Of a DNA stretch of 64,000 nt, positions 25,195 through 36,399 are shown one piece after another. The notes under the pieces were generated by a model. The model saw only the letters and a list, made by a program, of their open reading frames with translations. It was not told where the DNA came from and did not search any database. The first letter of the stretch is position 1. Each line of letters opens with the position of its first letter. Origin of the DNA: Raillietiella orientalis (lineage: Eukaryota); contig JAYWIR010000005.1 in assembly GCA_036172245.1 (NCBI GenBank), positions 124,001-188,000 on the forward strand, given 5' to 3'. Position numbers and translations under genes: made by a program.

Positions 25195-26410
25195 ACACAT
25201 CTGGGCAAACAAAACACTTGGGATACAGCTCGTGGTCATCCTCTGTTTCGATATGCCATGCAGTTGCGTGAAAATTGATGGAGTGACAAATGACCGATCT
25301 TGAGAGTGCGATCTGAATAGCGCCCGCGGACCTTACATAAGCCAGGAACAAATTCATCCTCGAAGGTATTGTAGATTGCACTTTGTTTTTGTTTGAAGTC
25401 TCCTTCGGCAGCTACATGCGTACGGATATCCAATACTTTGAATCCTACTCGGCTAAAAATCAAGGGAGAAACTAGTGAAAAGAAAGCTCCGAAACCTATG
25501 GGCAGCCAGGAAGACCAAGCGACCAGCTCTTGCGGGAAGGAGGACACGATGCTGAGAGACCAACAGCACGGGGGGCAACAAGCGCTCCAGATAGATAGCT
25601 GAGGAAGCTCGGAAGGATATGGAGAGCCCCTCCTGCAATGCATTATTAAATTGTAAATTTAAACAACAAAAAGTTCTCCCACGAAATCTCACAACCGGGA
25701 TGGGAAGCAGAGTACCTGATGTTTGCAGCTGGTGACATTGATGTGTCACGACCCATCAGGGAGCTCATTATTAGTGACAATTCCGATTCGCTAGGAGACC
25801 AGCTAGCTCGCTGCTTAAATGCGTCTTTCATGAAATCTGCCCTTCGGAAGAAAAATCTTGCAATCTCACATCCTTTCCCCCTTACGAGCTCGACAAGCGC
25901 GGAGAGTGCAGTCGTTTCCGAGTCGGGAGAGACCTTGAGGGAGCATCCTCGGAAACAATCCGGTTTAGCGACGATCCTGTTCCAAATGCTGGAGGCGATG
26001 AGGCAAACACAGAGCTGGTTGCACGCCGAAACAAGGATGGTCGTGAGAAGCAGTACCTGATTCGTTTGCTTTGGTGGTGACCGATGACCAACGTGCAGAA
26101 CGACAGGAGCGACCGAGAGCGGGCAGACTGCGAATTCCGTTTCTCGATGACCCCAGTATGCTTCCATTTCCCCTATCCGAAGACCGGCACCAATCTCCGG
26201 TACACGAAATCGGGTTGGAGCGAAAATGCGCCTCATTCCGAATTGACGATCTGGATGCTGGAGCAGATCTTGAGGAGATTTCGCGCTCTTGGACAGCCTT
26301 TGGTCTCGAGTGGATAGCAGAAAAGGAGACAAGCCTTCTGTTCGTTTAGACGTTCCTTCTGTCGTTAGAGTGGGACAGAACGAATAAGAGCGTCGAATAA
26401 AGTTCCGCAT
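25195..26410 (-). CDS. Part of an unidentified multi-exon Ser-rich gene downstream of kanadaptin (may extend ~27.4-23 kb)
   Basis: Short GT-AG introns at 26056-26015 (42 nt) and 25885-25842 (44 nt) join SSVFASSPPAFGTGSSLNRIVSEDAPSRSLPTRKRLHSPRLSS to ADFMKDAFKQRASWSPSESELSLIMSSLMGR in frame. A further exon-like segment reads RVGFKVLDIRTHVAAEGDFKQKQSAIYNTFEDEFVPGL. Gene ends not resolved; no homology recognised. Confidence 0.4.
25747..26349 (+). repeat. Left arm of 603-bp inverted repeat (probable donor copy)
   Basis: Reverse complement of 33750-34352. ORF translations in several frames are identical between copies (92-, 77- and 69-aa ORFs and the shared ~200-aa core), and spot-checked nucleotides match. 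Confidence 0.97.
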
Positions 26411-27618
26411 ATCATATGATTGTCTTGAAGACCTGCCGTTCCAAGCTGAATGATGTGGCAGAAACAGAAAGCAAAATGCAGAAACTCAAGTCCTTTGCCG
26501 ATTATGGATATTCCGTGTCCCTGAATTCTATGAACCGAATCCCAGTGGCTCCATTTTAATCCAAGTTGACTCCTACGCTGAAGCACCGTCACATTACAAC
26601 AGTTCATTTTCTGGATGAGATTTGCCTTCCTGATTTGCGTTAGTCGAAAATTACGCAGCATCGAATTTACGAGTTATGCAAAGCTGCCTATTATGATCCA
26701 CTGCATCCAATACATTTTGACAATTTTGCTTGAGCTTTTTAGACAACGTTATCTTAACATAAGGTTATCTTCTCTTTTGGTTATGAGTTCTCACGCCCGA
26801 ATTACGCTGACGGTTCATCACATGTTGGTCTTCCCTGGACGAGGAGAGTTTGGCAAGAACCAAACGACTTTCGAGATTTCCTTATTTCTGCAACCTCCTG
26901 AGGTTTTCACAAATATTTCCCGTATCTGCGATAAACTCGCTTCCTAGAGAACATGGGGGGTTAGGGAAAGGCACAGACGGAGAGATGGTAAAGGATGCTG
27001 AAAGGTTTGAATTCATTACTGGATTCCACTTTCATGTTACTGTGTCCCAAGTTTTTCGAAATTTTATTTGGGTGTTTCAGAGGATGGTAAGATGTGTTGA
27101 GCCTTTCCTACAAGTTGACGAGCTCTGAAGTTTTCAGCATGCCATGATTTGCGATCACAAATAATCTGAAAAGTTCTTGGGTTGGTATGAGGTAGCCAAA
27201 ACGTTTGGACAAACAGCTAGCTGAATGAGGAAACAAAACCTGTGTTTCAACAGAGAACCATGAAATGAAGATATGAATTAAGACGTGCTATTGAAATACG
27301 GGTTTTGCATTTTCCACTGCACCAAATAACACCTCTGCCGCAGATCTTCTTCAATTCTTTTTCGTCGTTGTATTTCAGAATTTTCTAGCACCTGTGCATC
27401 AACGCATATATACAAACACAGGCAGGTCAAGTATTAAAATACTTTAAAACGTAAGAGCCAATAAACTTATATTAGAGCATTATACAAAAACTTTCTTACA
27501 CTGTATTGTACAAAACATAATCTACAATATTCTTTTTCGGTGGAAAAGTGCACATTAACGGCAGTAAAAGAGAAGTATCTTCAACCACAGGATGCTGGAC
27601 CTCATTTAACCCCGACTT

Positions 27619-30600
27619 TTAGTATCCGTAGATTGCGTTGAGTTTTGTCTTCCCATCTCCCTTTTGATCTGCTGGAGGTAGCCATAAATCGTACTTCGAA
27701 TCCACTTCATACGAATTGCTGTCACTGGATTCGTTCTGAAATGACCACGATGAAGAGCACTGAATACGAAAATTAACATCTGTACTGAACAGTTGCGAAC
27801 CAACAAGAACAAAATGCATTACCTGGGTCGGACTGTCAATTTTTCGCTTCTTTGCCATTTTATTGGCAGAAATTCTACTGCCAGCTTCCGTAGAATCACA
27901 TGGATTACAATCAATGGTACATGCATTTGACGATACTTCAGGATCTTGAATTAAATGGTCTTCTCTGGAATTTATCTCGTCTGTAGATGAGACCACATTA
28001 TTTACTGGCGAGCACCGTTCTTGTTCATCCATCTCCTCAACGCCCTTACTGACTTTTTGTTTCTTTTTCTAACAGCAATATTATTTCGCAAATAGTTTTT
28101 ATAACTTACTTGTTTGGATGTCCCTTCCTGTGCTTTCTTCAGTGCATGCTGAGAGGCGAATGATGTTTGAAAAGATGGCATCTCAGCTGGCTTGGTAATG
28201 GCTATCAATTTTTCGAAATATTCTCTCTGGGCTTCCAATTTATTTAACTGTATCTAAAGAATAGGCCAAATATTTGAAGCAATTTGGACGAAGGCATTCG
28301 AAAATGATAGAAAACAAGGAATTCATTTCAAGTAGAAAATGACACTTCAAAAGCAATCTGAGTGAATATGAACATCTACTAAATGCGCGTATGTGTTTTA
28401 CAAAGAATGATCAATCAAATAATAAAGTACTGAGAAACAGCACAGAATTCAACAAAGGATATTTAACAGATTCAGTTTGTTATAAAAAATGAACTGTGGC
28501 TCTGGAGGAAAAAAAAAAAAAAAAAAAGACAAATGCTTCACAAACACCTAAGGTACAAAATGCGAGATGCACAAACTGCTGCCTGAAAAACTCTTCAAAG
28601 GAAGAAACACTTAAGTCAATAAAAACCCGAAACAAACACATGCAGTTTTCAACTTCATGTGAAGCACAAAAGCAAACTGGAATCATACGATTATCTTTGA
28701 TTTAACTTAAATAGCTGCAATGGAGCTCTAATTAGTATGCTAGTTTTGCAAAAAGCACTTTGTATTAATGTATGTTTAGCTTACATCAGCATATCCAAAA
28801 GCTTTACCCATGAAGAACAGATGAGAAAAAAAAACGAGAAACAATTTTTTTTTTTTTACGTACTTTGAGATTGGCAGAAGAATTTGAACTGCATTTACTT
28901 GAGTGTTTCAAAGATGACATGTAAGCATCTAAACTATCCATGGTACTTGGATCATCTGGGATAACTACAGAGAAAAACATTTTTCTTAACATGACTTTTT
29001 CTGTTAAAAATCCAGGTGACTTCAATGCATGACTTGAAACATCATTTTCGTTTTAAACATCACGTGAATAACTACATTTTTCGATTTCTTATGCATACTT
29101 TTAGACTTACCGGGCAAATTTTGTTTTTCTTTGAGAGCATGCTGCACTTCTTCTATTTTCAGCAAAACATCTTTATGCTTCACCAGCTGAAAGAAATTTG
29201 GAAAATCAAAGCAAGCCACTTATATTGAAACAATAATTAGGAAAAAAGGTTTTCCTTTATAAGAATAATAAAAGTTTTGAAATAGCAAATCACTTTTTAG
29301 AATGAGAATTTCATTTCAATGATATTACCAGGTCTTCATAAGTATCAATCTCATCAAGAATTTTTCCGGCAGTTTTCATTCTCTGTTCCCGTTTTTTAGC
29401 TATGGTACCAGTTCTGTCTAAAAACTCATCTTCATCACTATCATAATAATCATTTTCTTCCCATTGCTTGAGCATTTTCGCTTTTGTCTCTAGAACATTT
29501 TGCAAGACATTTCACAATAATTATTAGTGTTTCAAATATATATGTTACTTGTACACATATACTAATATAAGGCATGCTCATAAGAATAAGCGCATTTTTG
29601 ATGCACTTAAATCACGTTAAACATAGGAAATATTACGAAAATTATGTTACGTATTGGTGCAAGCATATTTTCATTTTGTTTCAGAGAAGACAAGGAATGA
29701 AGAGCAAAAATAATACTCATGCTAGTTCCAAACAGAACATGTGGAAAATTGAAAAGCTGCAAATTAAAAATGAAAATTTCAGACATCCAGAAAAAAAATT
29801 ATGAGAAATACAAGTCACACCATTACTCATGCAACCACATTGCTCCAGTTTCCTTCCAATTGCTATTTATTACAACTTTATTACAACTGTATCAACATTA
29901 CCTGTAATCGGAGTTTCTTTCTCTACAGAACAGTAATATTTTTTCAGCAAATTAAAAAGTACATGGAAACGGTACAATGTGGAAGTACAATCCGAGAAAT
30001 TAAACATTTCCACATGATAATAAACAATAAACATTATATTTTCTTACTACTACATTACTTTACACTATGTTACAGATTAAGTCATTCTCAAGTATTCAAG
30101 AGCGTTGATCAACAAGAAACAGAATTACAATGTTGGGTGATACCAAACACTAATGGCATACGGTAAATTCCGACATATCATGAAAATATCATGAATTCAT
30201 TTCACACAGCAGCTTAGAAAATCTTAAAGCCTCATGCTACTATAACATGATCACAATACGTTGCATTTATACAGATCTTCCAAGTGCTAATTTTTGTAGC
30301 CCTGGTACAAAAGTTTAGTTGTAGAAATTTAATATCATGAAAATAAATTTTAACTAAAAGAATGGGAAATTATGAACTTGCAAACAAATTAAATTAAAAA
30401 GAATTACATTCAAACAAAATCAATACAAAAACATCTTGTTTAGCATCACACATCACATGCCTTTGAGATCAAGATAACATTCAAGAAGGCAACTTTCAGT
30501 TGCTGTATCTTCATATCCCACTTTCATCAGGACAACATGATTCAATAGAACTGTGAACAAATAATGAGTCAAAGAATTCACTTTAGAGGGAAAACTAAAT

Positions 30601-33006
30601 GTCAGTAGTTTTGACTAAAAACAAACAAAAAAAAAAAAGATTTGATGTCCCTAAATGTGAGATTACAAGGTGATGAAAGAAAATAAGTGAGATGAACTTG
30701 ACAATCAAATGCTTCATGTAAAATCAAATGCAAGTATGCACTCACAGATTCTATCTTACTGAGTTTAAAATGAATACAAAAACGTAATTTCAATGAACTA
30801 ACCATTTCTTGATGGTTGTAGCAAACCAAGCTGATCAAGGGTTTCACATGCATTAAATGCACATTGAAATATAGCTTCCTTTTTTTTCCCTATTACTGTT
30901 GCCTCTACAATAGTAGGCTTTCCAGAAGAGTTATTTACAGGAAGTCTAAAATAAGTTCAGTCACAAAAGGGTTTTTATTTCCCTTCACATTTATTAAATT
31001 TTCTTTTTGATTTCATCAAAATATTTCAGGAGCAATCAGTCAGGGAAAATTCTTAAACTTTTATTTCCTGCTTTTCATTTTATTTATGTATATGTATTAA
31101 AGAAATCAAATCACACAAGGAATTATACAGTGCAACAAAAGTACCCATAAAATGCAATATGATAATGGCAAATAAAAATGAATAATAAAAACGGGTAATA
31201 AAAATCACAATTCTAGCATGAAGTTGTTAATGAAAGTTCATAGGATCTTACATTCAGGAGCACTACAGTATTATATGGACAGACTTATAGATTGGAACAG
31301 TAAGAGACTGAAGTGAACACCTGAAAAATCTGAAACTTCATATGAAGCACAAAAGCAATCTGAAGTACCCACCAATCAATTCAAGTAACAGAACACAAAA
31401 AATTCATCAAAGATGCAACGAACATGAAATGGCCAATCAACCAGGGAGTAAAAATACGGTTTTAAATGATATGGCAGTAATTATAAGATGTGCGCACATA
31501 GATAGATAAATTTACATATGAATTGGCTTAGAAAATGATGGAAAATGCTTAAAATTAGTAAAATACATAATGAACATCTACTATTTAAGTGTTTCATTTT
31601 GTCAAAAAACAAACAGCATTTAATGAAGAATATTTTTACATTACAGCATCTGAAATTTACATAAAACTTGAAGTACTGATTCATTTGTCAAGAATACCAA
31701 ATAAAAACAAAAATTGCTTATATCAACATAATACACTCAAAATATAATTAATACTTTGACATTTAAAAAAAGGATTAAAAACGATTTTTTTAAGCTATTA
31801 ATTTCTAATTGTGAAAACAGTAAATCCTTACTCCACTCTACAGGTAAATTTTCTCATTCCATCTTCTCTACAATCATATTCTAATTCATAGCCTTCTCTT
31901 TCAAACCATAATCGCAAACACTTTTTTGGATCATTTGCATACAACCTTGGATGAAGTTCATGCACTTCTGCAAATGGGTTTTCAGAATTATCATTGCCTT
32001 CATCGGTGTCAAACTCTTAAATATACACCAGCTATAATTATAGATCCGCTGAATACACATTTAATTACCTAATCCCCAATTAATGCCATCCCCAGATGCT
32101 TCCACTACACTGTCATCATTGGAAGATAGCATTTCCTCTTGTTTTAATTCACGGCAACTCTCTGAAGGCTGCTCATCTTCCAGTTCTTTACCCTAAATAA
32201 CATTTTTTTATCAAGAATAAAATCTGCACTTTAGAGCTGAGCATAGGCTCTACAATTTATTAGATTCCATAGAAATGTACCTGAAGAACAATAAGGCGTG
32301 TACTTCCTCCAAACTTCAAACAAAAACCAACATGCAATCTATAATACATTTGAGGATGAATTTGTGTTTTATTTAAGTAAGTTCCATGGGTGCTATTCAA
32401 ATCATATACATAAAATCCGGCATTTGCCACCTCATCACTTTTTCCACGATGCTGTATAACTGCATGGCATCTTGAAACAGAAGGATGATCAAAGACTACA
32501 TCACAAGTGCTTTGCCGGCCAATTATATAAAATGGCTTTTTAGTAAGATCTACTATCTGGACTATCTGTCCTGATTTAATAATCTCTAAATTATATTCAG
32601 TTTTACAAATTTCACTCCATTCAGGTTCCTTATATATGGCAAGAGTTGAAGAAATACTTTCAGACTGGTTGTCACTTTTGGGTATATCAGCTTGTGCACT
32701 AGTCGCATCAGCTAAACCTTTTACATTGTATTTCGACGAATTCTCGGTTTCTTCATCATGTTCATGGACTTCACCTTCCTCAGCCAAGGTAGAAGTAGTC
32801 AACACATTATCACATTTATTTTCACAGGTCCTCTTTTTAGAGATATTTACACAAACAGAGAAGGATGGTTTTTTGAACAATTCATCATCGTTCAATGTAG
32901 AAGACACCAAATGATCAGTCTTTTTAATGCCTTCAACTTTTTCTGATGCAATACTACAACTCTCGTTAACTTTTTCCTTCATGATCGATTCAAATCGGCA
33001 AAACAT
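27619..33006 (-). CDS. SLC4A1AP: Kanadaptin (FHA domain + dsRBD-like region, nuclear)
   Basis: Exons 33006-32281, 32192-32069, 32015-31832, 30945-30803, 29489-29329, 29186-29111, 28964-28864, 28253-28110, 28068-27823, 27759-27619. FHA motifs YKEPEWS...IGRQSTCDVVFDHPSVSRCHAVIQH...DLNSTHGTYLN...KFGGSTR; GINWG; ENPFA...DPKKCLRLWFEREG; KKKEAIFQCAFNACETLD; WEENDYYDSDEDEFLDRTG; DSLDAYM; C-terminal WLPPADQKGDGKTKLNAIYGY*. Start could be ATG 33006 or 32982. Confidence 0.93.
28651..31362 (+). repeat. 29-bp motif repeated in two kanadaptin introns (28651-28679 and 31334-31362)
   Basis: aacttcatgtgaagcacaaaagcaaactg vs aacttcatatgaagcacaaaagcaatctg (2 mismatches). Partial third copy caaaagcaatctga near 28348. 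Confidence 0.75.
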
Positions 33007-33749
33007 TCGTAGGCGACATCTTTAAATCACAAAAAACCTACAATAAAAATAAAAATGGGTATGGGCTTAATGAAAATCCCCAGTGGAAGGAAACATGCTT
33101 TTAACATGGTGAAATCAGTTTTATAAACAATTATGCGCTGTTTCCTATTATTGTTAAAGAAAACATTTGCAACACACGATAAAAGAGCTGACCACGTTAC
33201 CTAATTACACATCCGTTTTATAAAAAGCACAAAACTTTTCATATTCGCTACTCATTAAAAAATTAATCACTTTCAACATTTCAGAATCACAACTTTCCTT
33301 CATTTGTATGCACAATAATAAGGGTTGCCACGATTAGTTTCGTATACATGATCTCGATTTTCGATTATATCAAACATTCCATATTTAAAGATCCTAAAGA
33401 AAATTCGTGTTTTCTAAAAAAATCATGAAGCAGATCTACAATTATAGAATAGAAATAACATCTGGAGATAAACAACATCAATCAATGTCTGTGTATGCAT
33501 TTTTGAGTGTTAGCTATTGCATAAGCTAAGTGAAAATTATATTGAAAGGAGCAATTTTGGTACTATGCCATCTTGAAGAAGTTTCAGTTGATAAACAAAT
33601 AGCATTAAGTACATTAAGCATTCATTCTTGCATGAGAATTTCCTCTGTGATACTTATTCATAATTTTTTATGTTGAGGAATATATCAATTTAAGAAAATG
33701 TCCTACACTACATTGCATTTTTCAATATTAACCTGCAATTTTCATCGAC

Positions 33750-34352
33750 CTAAACGAACAGAAGGCTTGTCTCCTTTTCTGCTATCCACTCGAGACCAAA
33801 GGCTGTCCAAGAGCGCGAAATCTCCTCAAGATCTGCTCCAGCATCCAGATCGTCAATTCGGAATGAGGCGCATTTTCGCTCCAACCCGATTTCGTGTACC
33901 GGAGATTGGTGCCGGTCTTCGGATAGGGGAAATGGAAGCATACTGGGGTCATCGAGAAACGGAATTCGCAGTCTGCCCGCTCTCGGTCGCTCCTGTCGTT
34001 CTGCACGTTGGTCATCGGTCACCACCAAAGCAAACGAATCAGGTACTGCTTCTCACGACCATCCTTGTTTCGGCGTGCAACCAGCTCTGTGTTTGCCTCA
34101 TCGCCTCCAGCATTTGGAACAGGATCGTCGCTAAACCGGATTGTTTCCGAGGATGCTCCCTCAAGGTCTCTCCCGACTCGGAAACGACTGCACTCTCCGC
34201 GCTTGTCGAGCTCGTAAGGGGGAAAGGATGTGAGATTGCAAGATTTTTCTTCCGAAGGGCAGATTTCATGAAAGACGCATTTAAGCAGCGAGCTAGCTGG
34301 TCTCCTAGCGAATCGGAATTGTCACTAATAATGAGCTCCCTGATGGGTCGTG
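33750..34352 (-). repeat. Right arm of 603-bp inverted repeat (probable recent insertion upstream of kanadaptin)
   Basis: Appears to be an exact reverse complement of 25747-26349. It is a ~50% GC island with sharp edges inside AT-rich flanks. Confidence 0.97.
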
Positions 34353-35244
34353 GCACATTAAGTTCATACGCATAATCACATTAAAACATATGTATTAATT
34401 AGGTGATTCCCATGATATTTGAATAAATGCATTTTCTGAGTCGAGGGAGACAAGGATTTTCCCTTTTCCATAGATATGGAGGCATTTCGGGAAGTTCGGA
34501 AACAATTTAACTGTAAAATTATTGGAAATACACTTTACTGATATGAGTGACAACTCATCTGAATGTACTTCTGATGGAAAAAATCGCACTTTTTCGTACA
34601 CTATTTTTTTTTCAATTAGATTCGAGCAGATGAAGGTATTCGCCTAATTTGTTAATACCTTGTTTTTTGTTATTCTTCACGTACTTGTGATTTTTATTCC
34701 TCTTTGGTTTCGATTTTAGTGAGAATGAATGTGAGAACTGATGTGTGTGACTGAAATTTGAGTAATGAGATGAATGTGAGCAGAAAGCATCTTTCTCTTC
34801 TTTCTCGATTGCCTTCGAGTAATGCTTCGAATCAAGTACTTCAAGTGAATTTTATCTAAAAGCAGGATGAAGATTTAGAAGCGAATCTTTCGCCTAAAGA
34901 AATACTCTGAATTCTCTGTGTATTCTTCTTCTACGAAGATGAAAAATAATGTGCCTCTTATAGTCTTACTAAGAGCTTCTCAGTCGCATTTCTCTGCTTA
35001 ATGAAATTATCGAGCTGTCTGCCTTTGAGGTAATTCTCTGGAATTGGTAATATGGTCAATAATGTATCTTCCATGTACCACTATTATTCGGAAGAAGCAG
35101 AAGAAAAAAAATAAAATTGCATTTTATATATTGCCTAGTAACTGCAATTATTAAGAGTTTTTCTTTCCCGAAATTACAAAATTACAGTCTCCAAGAAAGA
35201 TGTCTGATGGGATTCGCGTGTTTCAAATTTTGTTCTTCTAAAAC

Positions 35245-36399
35245 ATGCAGGAGAAGGGGATCATGAATTCGACAAATGCAGACGCCAATTTCACGAAAAA
35301 TTGCCCGTACTGCAACAGCCTGTACAAGCCTAATAACTGTCTGATGAAGAAAACCGGTGGGATGAGCAGCCTGGATGTCAACATTAATCTTGCGAAAGCG
35401 ATTCCCAACGATCCGAAAGTCCGGAATAGGGGCAGCGCATGTGAGCCAAGGAAAGTCGAACATGCCATCCCCTCTCCACAGAATCCACATTTTCCCAATA
35501 AAGCCGAGTATCAGATCCTAACGAATCTACCTCACTACTCACAGCATCGAGATCTGAACCCGTCCGTCACCTACACGCATCCCGTCAAATTCTTTTGCCC
35601 TCGGAACAGCCAGCAAAGCAGTGGCCCAGTGTACGGTTGTTACAACGCCGAAGCCTTAAGATGCCCTCACTCTGGTCCAGTTTCCAACTTCTCTTACATG
35701 TGTGGCCAAGGAGAAGGGATGAAAGGCGTGAGAGGGATGTACTCACAAATCCCGCAGAACTGCGTGCAGTACCGACCTGGCTGTACTTTCAATGAAATTT
35801 TCGAGCCCATGAATGCGGTATCGTATTTTCCTTCCTCCTACCATTATGCCCCCCATTGCATGCCTTGTTGCTGCCAGTTCTCGCTGAACGGACAGTTCCC
35901 TTCTCTGGACAATTCCAGACCTTACGTTCTCCCAGGGCCAACTCACCCTGCACACTCCATGCTCGACGCTGGAGGAGCAGCTTACAACTCTTCTGGTTTT
36001 CCTTGTCGACCATTTTCGCAAAAAAGCACATCTTCGAAACATGTGCCACCGAAATTTCAGTTTGGTGATCTACCGACAGTGAAAGGAGGCTGCTCCCACG
36101 TTTTTCAACGGGACGGGAAGCAAGACAGCTTGACAAGCGGACCAGAGAAGCTAGAGCGCTGTGGCGACCCAGAAGAAGAGGACGTGGACGAAAGCACAGG
36201 TTCTCCCTATGGTTCTTTGAGGAACTACTGCAACAAGAACGAAAAACTCGTGACTACGAAGGAACCGTTTGAAATAACGCGATCGAAAGAAGAATCTGAT
36301 GACGCTATTCACAAGAATAAAAACTGCAGCTTCAAAAAACGATACTGTGATTCTGGATACTGCAACAACAGCAACAAGATGGCCGAACTGAAGCTATAG
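35245..36399 (+). CDS. Uninterrupted 384-aa orphan ORF (P/S/C/Y-rich low-complexity N-terminal half, acidic/charged C-terminus)
   Basis: Long ATG-TAG ORF with higher GC than the AT-rich upstream flank. No recognised domain. May be an internal exon (acceptor-like sequence just upstream). Confidence 0.6.
   Translation: MQEKGIMNSTNADANFTKNCPYCNSLYKPNNCLMKKTGGMSSLDVNINLAKAIPNDPKVRNRGSACEPRKVEHAIPSPQNPHFPNKAEYQILTNLPHYSQHRDLNPSVTYTHPVKFFCPRNSQQSSGPVYGCYNAEALRCPHSGPVSNFSYMCGQGEGMKGVRGMYSQIPQNCVQYRPGCTFNEIFEPMNAVSYFPSSYHYAPHCMPCCCQFSLNGQFPSLDNSRPYVLPGPTHPAHSMLDAGGAAYNSSGFPCRPFSQKSTSSKHVPPKFQFGDLPTVKGGCSHVFQRDGKQDSLTSGPEKLERCGDPEEEDVDESTGSPYGSLRNYCNKNEKLVTTKEPFEITRSKEESDDAIHKNKNCSFKKRYCDSGYCNNSNKMAELKL

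Noticed and set aside
25646..26410. 254-aa minus-strand ORF as a single-exon gene
   Set aside because: It contains two canonical minimal introns whose removal joins different frames. It is better explained as a spliced gene.
30490..30530. TGATGA...CTGA (C/D-box-like) on the minus strand in a kanadaptin intron
   Set aside because: The boxes are only ~35 nt apart with no terminal stem; too short for a snoRNA.
25747..34352. Interpretation as an autonomous transposon or composite element with TIRs
   Set aside because: No target-site duplication and no transposase in the spacer. The left arm is embedded in exon/intron-like sequence continuing on both sides.
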